Shown piece after piece: positions 10,224-19,741 of a stretch of DNA of 64,000 nt. The stretch comes from an uncultured delta proteobacterium (lineage in GTDB: Bacteria; Desulfobacterota; Binatia; UBA9968): assembly GCA_963745835.1 (NCBI GenBank), contig CAVUZH010000003.1, forward strand, positions 32,001 to 96,000, read 5' to 3'. Position numbers and translations under genes: made by a program. Numbering within the stretch: the first letter of the stretch is position 1; each line of letters starts with the position of its first letter. Under the pieces are notes generated by a model. The model saw only the letters and a program-made list of their open reading frames with translations, was not told where the DNA came from and did no database searches.

Positions 10224-11449
10224 GTGAAAGCCTGCTGCCTTTCGAGCTCCTCGAACTGCTCACTGGATAGATTTAGCCATTGGCGCAGGATGTCCCTATT
10301 GTGTTCGCCCAGGCTAGGAGCGCTGCGCGGCCCGGGCAACGAGACCGGTGCAAGAGTAAAGGGTAGGCGGGTCGTCAGCATCGACCCGATCCGTCGCTCT
10401 TCCATGTGTGAAAAAACTCTGCCCGGATCGGGTTCATCGATCACCTGATCGATGCGCCGCACCCGTTCAGCCGGAAGTCCGGCTGCTTTCAGCCGCCGTT
10501 CAGCTTCGGCGCTGGAATACTGTTTGGTCCAAGTTCCAATTTCGCGATCGATCTCGTCGTGATATTCCATGCGGCAGGCGGCACTGCTTAGGCGAGTATC
10601 CGATCTTAATTTGTCACTCCCCAGCACCTCGGCCAGAGCTTTCCACTGGTCGCCGTTCTCAATGCTTAACGCGCACCAATCGTCCGCTCCGGCGCAGCGA
10701 TAAACCCCTTGAGGAGCAACGATGTCCGAACGATTGCCGAGCCGATGCGAAACCTTCCCGTTCACTGCGCTGCTCAGCAACAGAGGTCCAATCATCGCCG
10801 CGCTGCATTCGAACTGGCTCAAATCGATATGACTGCCACGGCCGTTGCCGAGGCGTTTGTCAATCGCCTGCAAAACAGCGAAGCAGGCGTGCAGCCCGCC
10901 AATATAATCATTCCATGAATTGGAAATAGCCGTGGGCGGATCACCTTCGCCGCCAGTGACCGTCATCAGTCCGCTGTATCCTTGCAGGTTCATATTCATG
11001 CTGGTCCAATCGCGGCGCGGACCGTTGTGACCATAACCGGACATGCTGACGTAAATGATTCTCGGGTTGAGCTTTTCAATCGTCGCAAAATCGAGCTTGA
11101 GCCTGCCCATAACGCCGGCGCTGAAGTTTTCGATCACCACATCCGCAACCGCGGCTAGCTTGAGGGCGATTCGTTGTCCTGCATCGTTTTTAAGATCGAT
11201 GCTGATCGAACGTTTGCTGCGGTTGGTATTTAAATAGGAAGCATGGCGCTGGTCATCGCTGATGTATGTCGATTGCCAGGGATGGTCGGGATGCTTGCTG
11301 CTTTCCACCCGAACCACGTCCGCGCCTAAATCGGCGAGCAGGCGGGTGCAGAACGGCCCCGCCAGGACGTGGGTGAAGTCCAGCACACGAATATGATCGA
11401 GTGGCGCAGGAACAGCGGTGCGACTAGAACCGCCGGGGTTAGCGGACAT
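10220..11449 (-). CDS. Class III CoA-transferase (CaiB/BaiF), catalytic subunit
   Basis: VLDFTHVLAGPFCTRLLADLGADV, NRSKRS, ENFSAG, putative catalytic Asp in WNDYIGG. Confidence 0.9.
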   Translation of the reverse strand: MSANPGGSSRTAVPAPLDHIRVLDFTHVLAGPFCTRLLADLGADVVRVESSKHPDHPWQSTYISDDQRHASYLNTNRSKRSISIDLKNDAGQRIALKLAAVADVVIENFSAGVMGRLKLDFATIEKLNPRIIYVSMSGYGHNGPRRDWTSMNMNLQGYSGLMTVTGGEGDPPTAISNSWNDYIGGLHACFAVLQAIDKRLGNGRGSHIDLSQFECSAAMIGPLLLSSAVNGKVSHRLGNRSDIVAPQGVYRCAGADDWCALSIENGDQWKALAEVLGSDKLRSDTRLSSAACRMEYHDEIDREIGTWTKQYSSAEAERRLKAAGLPAERVRRIDQVIDEPDPGRVFSHMEERRIGSMLTTRLPFTLAPVSLPGPRSAPSLGEHNRDILRQWLNLSSEQFEELERQQAFT

Positions 11450-12407
11450 TGAGTTCCCTTTGTGCTTGTTGGAGCAGATCGCGGCTGGCTACCTGGCTCA
11501 GCGGAATGTCTTTCTTTAGGTTTGCCCGCTCGAGCTCGTAGCGGACTAGATCCTTGAGTGCCTGATCAGACAAGCCGCCATCGCCGCTGTAGCAGGGCAG
11601 GTAGTTGTCAAAAGCAGCGCGTGTGGTGGCGAGATCGAGCTTCAACCACTTGGAAGCGATGGCGACGCTTTCTTCCTGGTGATCTCTGATAAATTGAAGA
11701 GCTTCGATCGTTCCCTTGATCGTTCGCTTTACCTGTTCAGGCGATTGCTTCAGGTTCTTGTCTGTCACAACCATGGCGTTTTGCGTCAGCGGAACATGGT
11801 CGCGCGTCCACAAGAGAACTTTGTAGCCTCTTTTGGCTCCAAAGATATCCGCCGGCGATGAGACGAAAGCCGCATCAATTTTTCCCGCATCCATCGCCGC
11901 TAACCGGGCGGTATTATCTCCTCCGGGTAAAAGATTGACGTCCTTACCGGGTTCTATCCCGGCTTGACGAAACAGGGTTACGCTTGTCAGGTACAACTGG
12001 CTGCCGAACGTGCTGATGCCGATGGTTTTGCCGCGCAAATCGGTTAATTTCTGCACCTCGGGTTTGACCAATAGAAGATAGCCGAGTTTGTCTTGTGTGG
12101 TCATCACCAACTTTATCGGCAGCCCTTTTATCGCACCTGCAATGCCGGGTCCGGTGCAGACGGCGTAATCCAAGTCATCGGAGAGAAGAGCGTTGGTGGC
12201 AATCGCGCAAGGCACCAACACATGCTCGGAGTTGATTCCATGCTTACTGTAGAATCCTTTCTTTTCCGCCAAGACCGTTGGCAGGAAGCCCAGCGATGCC
12301 GCGGAGATCCCAATGCGAACTCGCTCTTGCGAGTGCGCCAACGCTTGCGGCCAAACAATAAGCGCGAACAGCGTTAACCCGAGTCTTGTCACGTTTTTGG
12401 TTTTCAT
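11439..12407 (-). CDS. ABC-type substrate-binding protein, NMT1/SsuA-like
   Basis: Signal peptide; AEKKGFYSKHGI, DLRGKTIGIS, GKIDAA. Confidence 0.85.
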   Translation of the reverse strand: MKTKNVTRLGLTLFALIVWPQALAHSQERVRIGISAASLGFLPTVLAEKKGFYSKHGINSEHVLVPCAIATNALLSDDLDYAVCTGPGIAGAIKGLPIKLVMTTQDKLGYLLLVKPEVQKLTDLRGKTIGISTFGSQLYLTSVTLFRQAGIEPGKDVNLLPGGDNTARLAAMDAGKIDAAFVSSPADIFGAKRGYKVLLWTRDHVPLTQNAMVVTDKNLKQSPEQVKRTIKGTIEALQFIRDHQEESVAIASKWLKLDLATTRAAFDNYLPCYSGDGGLSDQALKDLVRYELERANLKKDIPLSQVASRDLLQQAQRELNVR

Positions 12408-13405
12408 TTTTCTATTCTCGTGAAAAAACCGTCTTGATCTATTTCTTTGATCAACGATCCATCAAAAAACTCGGCGGCCTTCATGCCTTCGAGTTTTGGG
12501 GTTGAGTCCCTGAGGTCCTCGATACTCGCCTGAATGGCATCCTCCCGTGGATAGGGCTTGGCGGGAATCGCCTCCAGAAACTGAACTCTGTAGGTAAACT
12601 CCAACAGCTTCGGGTTATCGACCCGCATGTATTTGCGGAACGCCTGATAGGCAAGCTCTTTGTTTTTTCTGCCGGCCGCAATCGCCTCACTGTAAGCCAT
12701 GAAAAAGGCCTTGAGCCGCGGCCGATAGTCTTTCAGAATCTGCCGGGTGGTATTGATCTCGCTCCCCGGTGAAGGAACGCCAAAGTCCTTCGGTTCGCCC
12801 AGCACTGAAATCGTTTGCCCGCTCAATTCGGTAAATTGAAAGACTTTGTCGGATTCCCCGATAGTTGCATCGATCTTACCCTGGAACATGAGTTGGATTC
12901 TCTTATCCGATTCGCTCACGCCGGTGGGAATCAGCGACACGTCTTTACCCGGGGTAAAGCTTAGCTTGGTGAGGATTCGACGCAGGAGAAAATCGGTGCC
13001 CGCGCCGATGCGGCTGCTGCCGATGATTTTTCCCCTCAGCTCCGAGGCGGATTTGATCGAAGGCACTGCGATGAGCTGGTACGGCAATGTGCCGTTGGTG
13101 GAAACCGTTACAATCGGCGCGCCGCGGGCGACCGCGCCCACGACACCCGAGCTGGAATCGGTGGTTAAATGGACATTGCCGCCGAGTAGGGCAGTCAGGG
13201 ATACGCTGCCAGCGGCGATGCTAACAAGTTTTACGTCGAGCCCATATTTTTCGTACAGTCCGAGATCTTTGGCGATCCACAAGGGCGCGCGGTTGCCGGT
13301 GAACGAACTATAAGAGACAACCAGCGGTTGAAGCGTTCGTTCTTGCGCCTCGCCTATGCTTGCAAGTGCCAGCGCCAGCAACAGAATAGCATTCTGCCAA
13401 GCCAT
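12404..13405 (-). CDS. ABC-type substrate-binding protein, NMT1/SsuA-like
   Basis: Signal peptide; PLWIAKDLGLYEKYGLDV, ELRGKIIGSS. Confidence 0.85.
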   Translation of the reverse strand: MAWQNAILLLALALASIGEAQERTLQPLVVSYSSFTGNRAPLWIAKDLGLYEKYGLDVKLVSIAAGSVSLTALLGGNVHLTTDSSSGVVGAVARGAPIVTVSTNGTLPYQLIAVPSIKSASELRGKIIGSSRIGAGTDFLLRRILTKLSFTPGKDVSLIPTGVSESDKRIQLMFQGKIDATIGESDKVFQFTELSGQTISVLGEPKDFGVPSPGSEINTTRQILKDYRPRLKAFFMAYSEAIAAGRKNKELAYQAFRKYMRVDNPKLLEFTYRVQFLEAIPAKPYPREDAIQASIEDLRDSTPKLEGMKAAEFFDGSLIKEIDQDGFFTRIEK

Positions 13406-13632
13406 CGAACCTCCTCTGCCGTGAATCAGATTATGAAGGCGGTTTCTGTTTAATTTCCTTCCGGCGCGTTCTTTCTATACATTCTTTTTTCCAGAGCAAC
13501 AACGTGGCGCATTCAGGTTGCAAGGCTAACGCGGGTGGATTAAAAGAACTTTAGCGAATGCAAACATCGCATCGATGGAGAGCTGGAGAAGTCATTTAAT
13601 CAAACTTGGGCAGGCGAACAGAGGAGGTTCAA

Positions 13633-14490
13633 ATGGAGCTGCAACAACGTCATTCTCGCGGCAACGTATTCTGGCCCGGCAACAATCGGATCGCGGTGTT
13701 TCTAAGCTTTGATTTCCAAGGCGGCGAGGATATTCGGGCGGACAAGAATGGCAGGATCAATCATGAAGAGTACACTCAGGCTGAATACGGCCCCAATACC
13801 GGGATCTGGCGAATCCTGCGCATCCTTTCGGCCAACGATGTAAAGGCAACATTTCTTACCTGCGGCGGGATCGCAGAAAGGTACCCGGAAGCCGTTGCAG
13901 CGATCATCGCTCAAGGGCACGAAGTGGCGGGCCATGGCTATCATCATGAAGTTGCCCGTGATCTGAGCAAGGAGGAGGAGCGCGATGTCATGAAGCGAAC
14001 CAGTGAAATGCTTCTCAACCGCGCCCAAAAACCGCCGGTCGGATGGCGTTCGTGCACGCAAAGCCCGAATAGCTTGGAATTGCTGATGGAACACGGATTC
14101 CTGTGGAACAGCAATTCTTTCTCGTTTGATTTACCGTTTGTCTGGCAAAATGGAGACAAGCAACTCGTCGAACTACCCCGACAACCGTTTGGCGACGGCA
14201 GGACCTACGGCCATCGAGATTCAGGCAATCCAAAGGACACGTTAGCGGTGTGGAAGGGTATGTTCGACCAGTTCTATGAAGAGTCAAAAATAGCGCCGAC
14301 GTTCTGCCCGTTCCAATTTCACCCATATATTTCTAGCCGGCCCGGCCGAGCCAAGACATTGTCTGATTTGATCGAATATATGAAATCTCACGAGGGCGTT
14401 TGGTTCGCTACCGGTAGTGAAGTTGCAAAGTGGTGGCTTGAGAACGGCTTTTCAGCCGAGTCGACAGCGCAAGTTTCCAAGGTAGCCTAA
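13633..14490 (+). CDS. Polysaccharide deacetylase (CE4, PuuE-like) family hydrolase
   Basis: WPGNNRIAVFLSFD, EYGPNTGIWRILRIL, GHEVAGHGYHH, FHPYISSRPGR; GAGGAGG RBS. Confidence 0.85.
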   Translation: MELQQRHSRGNVFWPGNNRIAVFLSFDFQGGEDIRADKNGRINHEEYTQAEYGPNTGIWRILRILSANDVKATFLTCGGIAERYPEAVAAIIAQGHEVAGHGYHHEVARDLSKEEERDVMKRTSEMLLNRAQKPPVGWRSCTQSPNSLELLMEHGFLWNSNSFSFDLPFVWQNGDKQLVELPRQPFGDGRTYGHRDSGNPKDTLAVWKGMFDQFYEESKIAPTFCPFQFHPYISSRPGRAKTLSDLIEYMKSHEGVWFATGSEVAKWWLENGFSAESTAQVSKVA

Positions 14491-14547
14491 AGTACTGGGC
14501 TTGTGGCGCTCGTTGAGCGTCACAAGCCTCTAGCAATCCAGCCGTTA

Positions 14548-15099
14548 TCAATACGACCGAAATAGAAAACGTACTTTCTTCCGCAGCCGGCGCCCCATTC
14601 GCTTTTTCAACGCGAACCAAATCCGCAGCAGCCAATTCCTGGAGAACCAGGCAAAAGAGGTGGATGTGGTTATCCACTGATGATTGAATTCAAACCGCGC
14701 TTTGAATTTCCTGATTTGTAGAGTTTTGCCGAACTTTCTTTTGAAGATTGCTTTTACGCTGACCGCGTTGCGCGCTTCAACGAAAACGGTGATCGTTTCG
14801 ATTGGCAACAGTTGGCGCACGCGCGAGATCTTCAGCGCCAGCGCCTCTTCGTTACGCGCGCTGGTCTCGATTAAGTTGTTCAATAGTTCGGGGTCTATCG
14901 TCGCCTTGTTGATGACCTCCCTGCGGGCCGCAAGTTCTTCGCCGCCGTCATCCGTATAACCCGCCACGATAAAATAGGTCTTGTGCTTGGAGGTCTGCAT
15001 CGACTTTTGCCACCAGTCGATCGCTTTCTCAAAGCCGATGCGTGATGCTTGTGAAAGATTCCTTGAACCGGCGCAGCCGTAGGGCATTGCTACGATCAC
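14548..15099 (-). CDS. Hypothetical protein, weak YdcF/DUF218-like; may extend upstream through an in-frame TGA
   Basis: IVAGY, ETSARNEEA and ITVFVEARNA recall DUF218 motifs. The frame is open from 15168 and collinear with ORF 15169-15378. Confidence 0.5.
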   Translation of the reverse strand: MIVAMPYGCAGSRNLSQASRIGFEKAIDWWQKSMQTSKHKTYFIVAGYTDDGGEELAARREVINKATIDPELLNNLIETSARNEEALALKISRVRQLLPIETITVFVEARNAVSVKAIFKRKFGKTLQIRKFKARFEFNHQWITTSTSFAWFSRNWLLRIWFALKKRMGRRLRKKVRFLFRSY

Positions 15100-15416
15100 A
15101 ATCGAAATGGTCGTGGTCTCCTTTACTGTTAGGCTTTGCGGCGGGTAAAGGTCAGGATTGGTAAATCGTCACGTCCACCGGCTTGCCGCCGACCGCCAGA
15201 TCGAATACTCGTTCAATGCCATCAGCAGATCCATCTGCTTGGAGCAAACCTGCGTGTCCATTTTTGCCGGTGATTCATTTATCTTCATCTGCTGATTCGA
15301 AATGCACGGACTGTTTGCCTTGATGCGGCGATGGTTTGGCCATGGTTTACTTCGCTGCCAACCGGTGTCGTGAGGCATATGCTTTTCGACGATTTGTTTT
15401 CACGTGTTAGTCGATT

Positions 15417-16463
15417 TTACGGAGGTGGGCGTGCGGCCTGACGCTCCTTATAGAGATTATCGACGAAACCGCTGGAGACCAATTCACGAACGAATTTCGA
15501 TTCCACGAACTTCGCGGGCTCAATTCGAGGCGGTATCGGTCGTGTCGCAGCGAGCTCGTCTAAGATGGTTTGAACTCCCGCCTGCGTAGCTTCCGGGACT
15601 CTCTTGAAATGTTTCCTAGCGTAGACTTCGTAAATTTTCTCGACGGCAGGAGTGGTCTTTTGCTTGGTATATTTCTCCAGTGTCATCAGCGCGGTTCTTT
15701 TATCGGTTTTGAATCGATGAATCCCCTCCACGTAAGCCTTCATAAAGCGCGTGACCAGATCGGGTTCTTTCTTGAGAAATGACTGGCGCGCGGCGAACGG
15801 CCCAAAGGGATAAACCAATTCGGATGGAATATCGGCCAGACGAATGTATCCTTCGCTCTCGGCCCGCAGTGTCTCGGGACCGATCGAAAGCACGCCGCTC
15901 TGAACCGAGCCGCTCTTCAGAGCGGCAAAGACTTGCGGCCCGGAACCGGCTTGGAAAATGCCGACGTCTTTGTCGGCTTGCATGCCCCATTTCTTCAGCA
16001 GATAGCGCGCCACAAAATCCGTGGTCGCGCCGATGCGACTGACCCCAAGCTTTGTGCCCCTGAGTTGGGCCGGCTGCTTGATGCGGGGAATCGACCAGAG
16101 TTCGAAAGGTAGGGAATCAATGCTGGCGCCGAGCAGCACGACATCAGAGCCCGAGAGATTGGCCGCCACGGTGGCACCGGCAGCGGTGAAGGAGATAGCC
16201 ACATCGCCTGCGATCAAGGCTTGTAACGACGGCGGCCCGCCGGCAATGTAGATGAATTCCGGATCGATGCCGTGCTTTTTGAAGATTCCCGCCTCTTGGG
16301 TGATCCAGAGCGGGCCGTAAACCACGGCAATGGACGTATAGGCGATCCGCAAAGGCTCTGCGCCGGAAGTTGTTGAGAGGCTTAGAAAGATGATGACCAG
16401 CCAGAATCGGCCGAATGGATACCGTAAAGAACCAAGAAAATTTATCCGATTGTCTCTATCCAT
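15417..16463 (-). CDS. ABC-type substrate-binding protein, NMT1/SsuA-like
   Basis: PLWITQEAGIFKKHGID, QLRGTKLGVS; hydrophobic N-terminal signal. Confidence 0.85.
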   Translation of the reverse strand: MDRDNRINFLGSLRYPFGRFWLVIIFLSLSTTSGAEPLRIAYTSIAVVYGPLWITQEAGIFKKHGIDPEFIYIAGGPPSLQALIAGDVAISFTAAGATVAANLSGSDVVLLGASIDSLPFELWSIPRIKQPAQLRGTKLGVSRIGATTDFVARYLLKKWGMQADKDVGIFQAGSGPQVFAALKSGSVQSGVLSIGPETLRAESEGYIRLADIPSELVYPFGPFAARQSFLKKEPDLVTRFMKAYVEGIHRFKTDKRTALMTLEKYTKQKTTPAVEKIYEVYARKHFKRVPEATQAGVQTILDELAATRPIPPRIEPAKFVESKFVRELVSSGFVDNLYKERQAARPPP

Positions 16464-16586
16464 TCGTGGGTGCTCGTGAGCAATCTGTAAGTTAGATTAC
16501 CCTCTTCTGTCAAGTAATTGAAGCTGTGGTGGACCGGGCGGTCAACTTAGGATCGGATAGGCAGCGCTTTCTCTCATCCCCGGAAC

Positions 16587-16613
16587 TGTAAACTTTTGCT
16601 GCTCTGACGCGTC
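16587..16613 (+). promoter_or_regulatory. Candidate ECF-sigma promoter
   Basis: TGTAAAC-N16-CGTC, ending 37 nt before the ATG at 16651. Confidence 0.45.
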
Positions 16614-16650
16614 CAACTCTCTGAGACACGTCAATCTAGAAAGGAACAAC

Positions 16651-17040
16651 ATGAAAAAATCAATTCTGATCGGCCTGAGCGTTTTAGTCCTTGGCAGTGC
16701 GGTAACGGCTTCGGCTGATGATCGCTCATATGACCGCCGCGGCGATCGGATCAACCAACGGTTGGACGCGCGAGGGGCGCGTATCAATCAGCATCTCGAT
16801 GCCAGAGGCGATCGCATCAACGATAGGTTCGATGCCAGAGCGGCAAGGGCCAGAGCGGATGGCAAGTACAAATTAGCTGAACGATTCGATCGGAAAGGCG
16901 ACCGCATCGAGCGTCATCTGGACAAGAAAGGCGACCGGATCGAGGCCTATTGGGATCGCCGAGGTGATCGTATCGATCACAGATTTGATCGACGTGACCA
17001 GAATCGAGACCGCTTCAATCATAACGGCTACCATCGGTAA
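16651..17040 (+). CDS. Secreted low-complexity protein with 11-residue DxRGDRI repeats
   Basis: Sec signal MKKSILIG...ASA; AAGGA RBS; about 7 hendecad repeats. Confidence 0.85.
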   Translation: MKKSILIGLSVLVLGSAVTASADDRSYDRRGDRINQRLDARGARINQHLDARGDRINDRFDARAARARADGKYKLAERFDRKGDRIERHLDKKGDRIEAYWDRRGDRIDHRFDRRDQNRDRFNHNGYHR

Positions 17041-17053
17041 CCAAGAACAATGA

Positions 17054-17095
17054 CAGCCAAGCCCCGGAGCAGCGAATCGTACCGGGGCTTGGCTG
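17054..17095. terminator. Strong hairpin between convergent genes
   Basis: 14-bp perfect stem CAGCCAAGCCCCGG/CCGGGGCTTGGCTG. Confidence 0.6.
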
Positions 17096-17129
17096 ATGGT
17101 TCGTTTGCTATCCCGCACGGCAGCCCATG

Positions 17130-18395
17130 CTAGTCTTGAAAGTACTCCTTGAAGCCAGTCACCATGATATTTGCCAATCTCTCGTTGTGACTTTCGACAT
17201 GCCCGTAGTGCGTGAGGTTCGGAATGTGAACCAGCCGCAGCCCGACGGCGTACGGAGCGAAACGTTTGAAGGCATAAACCTCCCGGCGAAACTCCAACCC
17301 TTTCTCGCCGCCCTCGATCCAGTGACCTTTATCGTATTCGCCGACGATGTGGAGCATTTTCTTGCCGCGCAGGCGATTTAAATCCGATTTGTAAGTGATG
17401 AATAGTTCCTCGTCGGGCAGGCCGGAAATCCTGCGAATCTCGGGCATCAAGATATCGTGAGCGCTGTGCTCGATATCTTGTAAAAACGGTTTGAATTGAG
17501 GCCGGCGATGGTTCTCCAACTCGAACCAATTCTCGGCGTTGCCCCAGGGCTGATTCGGCCCGACATACCCGCTCTTGATGTAACCTTTGGGAGAGCGGCG
17601 ACTGAGATCGGTGAGATTGCGAAACGGCGCGGCGCGTTCTTCGGCAGATTTCGTGGCGCACGCGAGATCCCATTCCTTGCGCACCCAGGCCGGCATGCCG
17701 GTGCCGAACCCCAAGCCCCCGATCAGTTTGTTTTTCAGTCCATACTGTTCCATCAGATAAAAATATTCGCCGCCTGTGGAATGCCCCCACATGAAAATAT
17801 CTTGATCGGGCAAACTTCGCTCGACCAGTGTCCTGATCGCTTCGGTGCACATGCGAAAAGTATAAACGGCCAGCCGGTTTCTAAGCTCCGTGTCGCCTGG
17901 AGTTTCACCGATGACAAACTCGGGGCGGCGCTCGGCGATGGGCAGCCAAGGTTTGCGGCTGTAATGGCCGGGCAGCGAGACCGCCAGCACCGGGATACCG
18001 AGAGAAGCAATATGCTGGGCAACGCCTACCCGTGCTCCAGCCGGATCGGTCCTAGTCAGGTCCGGATACTCTTCAGGACCATCCGGGGTAAAGATAAACT
18101 CGTACTCGTTGGCCGCGCCGCCGTGAATCATGACCACGGCGATATTGCCGATCGATGCTTTGACGGGCTTGAACAGCCGGCCATGGATGTCCCACTGAAA
18201 CAGCTCTGCCGATTTCTCCGGATTGGCATAACGATGAATCGTTTGTTGCACTTCTTGGACGGTAAACTCCGTGCGCGCGAACGGATCGGGGAGTGTTCTA
18301 TAATCATCAAAGGTCATGTAATAGATAAAGTCGTCGAGCAAGCCGGTACCGTGCTTTAGCGCGGCAACCAGCGTGCTGATTGCGTCCTGGCTCAT
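17130..18395 (-). CDS. Alpha/beta-hydrolase-fold protein of unknown substrate
   Basis: MIHGGAAN, SLPGH, nucleophile elbow WGHSTGG, VGEYD and a late His (THYGH). Confidence 0.65.
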   Translation of the reverse strand: MSQDAISTLVAALKHGTGLLDDFIYYMTFDDYRTLPDPFARTEFTVQEVQQTIHRYANPEKSAELFQWDIHGRLFKPVKASIGNIAVVMIHGGAANEYEFIFTPDGPEEYPDLTRTDPAGARVGVAQHIASLGIPVLAVSLPGHYSRKPWLPIAERRPEFVIGETPGDTELRNRLAVYTFRMCTEAIRTLVERSLPDQDIFMWGHSTGGEYFYLMEQYGLKNKLIGGLGFGTGMPAWVRKEWDLACATKSAEERAAPFRNLTDLSRRSPKGYIKSGYVGPNQPWGNAENWFELENHRRPQFKPFLQDIEHSAHDILMPEIRRISGLPDEELFITYKSDLNRLRGKKMLHIVGEYDKGHWIEGGEKGLEFRREVYAFKRFAPYAVGLRLVHIPNLTHYGHVESHNERLANIMVTGFKEYFQD

Positions 18396-18572
18396 TCGTT
18401 CCTCCCTAACTGGTAGATTGTTCGTTCTGATCTCGACCCCTACCTATCTTGCGAGCGGCTGCCGATGTCAACCGCATCGCAACTTTACATTAGCTCGTCA
18501 TTGCACGGGGCTGCTTGATGGATCGTGGAGAACTAGGATAAAGAACAGTAAGAAGGCCAAGGAGGCTATCAG

Positions 18573-19664
18573 ATGAGTGGAGATTCGCAGAAGGCTTCGT
18601 ACGAGAAAGTAGACCGTAAAGCCGAGGTGATGGACACCCCTTATGACCGCTGGATTGCGTCGCAGGGAATCGATGTGATCAGAGGGTTCTTCGTGGAGGA
18701 TCTCTATACGATCCCGCTTAAATGGTGGGACCGGATCGGCGGTAACGGGGTTTATATCATGCTTGACGGCACCGGCTATCTCGACGATGCCTATGTTTGC
18801 GGCATCCCGCCCGGTAAGAGCCTCAATCCGCAGAGACACATATACGAAGCGCTGATTTATGTTCTCGATGGTCGGGGGGCGACGACGGTTTGGCAGACCA
18901 ATGGCAGCAAGCAAAGTTTCGAATGGCAGACCGGCAGTCTTTTCGCGATTCCGTTAAATTCCTGGTACCAGCATTTCAACGGCCAGGGTCACCGCGAGGC
19001 GCGGTTGCTGGCGGTGACCACGGCGCCGCTGGTTTTTAATTTGTTTCACTGCGAAGACTTTGTTATCAACAATCCCTATTCATTCACCGACCGGTTTAAG
19101 GGCGAAGAGGGATTTTTCGGCGGCAAGGGCACGCTCTACAGCGACCGAGTCGTCGAGACCAATTTTGTTGCCGATACTATCAATATCGAACCGGTGGCCT
19201 GGACCGAACGCGGCAAGGGTAATGCAACGATCTTCTTCGAGATGTCGGACAGCATGATGGGTTCGCACGTTTCGCGCTTTCCGGTGGGCATTTACAAGAA
19301 GGCCCATCGTCATGGGCCGGGGGCGCATGTGTTTATTCTCACCGGGAGAGGCTACTCGTTACTATGGCCGGAAGGCAAAGAGATGACCCGAGTCGATTGG
19401 AAGCCAGGTTCCATCGTCGTGCCGCCTGAAGGCTGGTTTCATCAACATTTCAATTCCAGCCCGGAGCCGGCGCGATATCTAGCTCTAAAAATCCTCAGCC
19501 GAAAATACAAGCTTCAGCCGGGAAAAATTCAGTCCGATGTGCCGCTGGCATTCGGCGGTTGGCAGATCGAGTATGAGGATGAGGATCAGATGATCCGCAA
19601 AATCTTCGAAGCGGAATGCGCCAAGTCGGGCGCGGAAGTTCGTATGCCGGCCATAGCGCTGTAG
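18573..19664 (+). CDS. Bicupin protein (gentisate dioxygenase-like fold)
   Basis: Two cupin repeats: RHIYE/WYQHFN and KAHRHGPGAH/WFHQHFN. Confidence 0.8.
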   Translation: MSGDSQKASYEKVDRKAEVMDTPYDRWIASQGIDVIRGFFVEDLYTIPLKWWDRIGGNGVYIMLDGTGYLDDAYVCGIPPGKSLNPQRHIYEALIYVLDGRGATTVWQTNGSKQSFEWQTGSLFAIPLNSWYQHFNGQGHREARLLAVTTAPLVFNLFHCEDFVINNPYSFTDRFKGEEGFFGGKGTLYSDRVVETNFVADTINIEPVAWTERGKGNATIFFEMSDSMMGSHVSRFPVGIYKKAHRHGPGAHVFILTGRGYSLLWPEGKEMTRVDWKPGSIVVPPEGWFHQHFNSSPEPARYLALKILSRKYKLQPGKIQSDVPLAFGGWQIEYEDEDQMIRKIFEAECAKSGAEVRMPAIAL

Positions 19665-19741
19665 CTGATGTGCCCGGGACTATGGTTTTGATAAGAATCC
19701 GTTAAAATAAAGCACAAGTTTGCCACAACCAGGAGAAAGCC

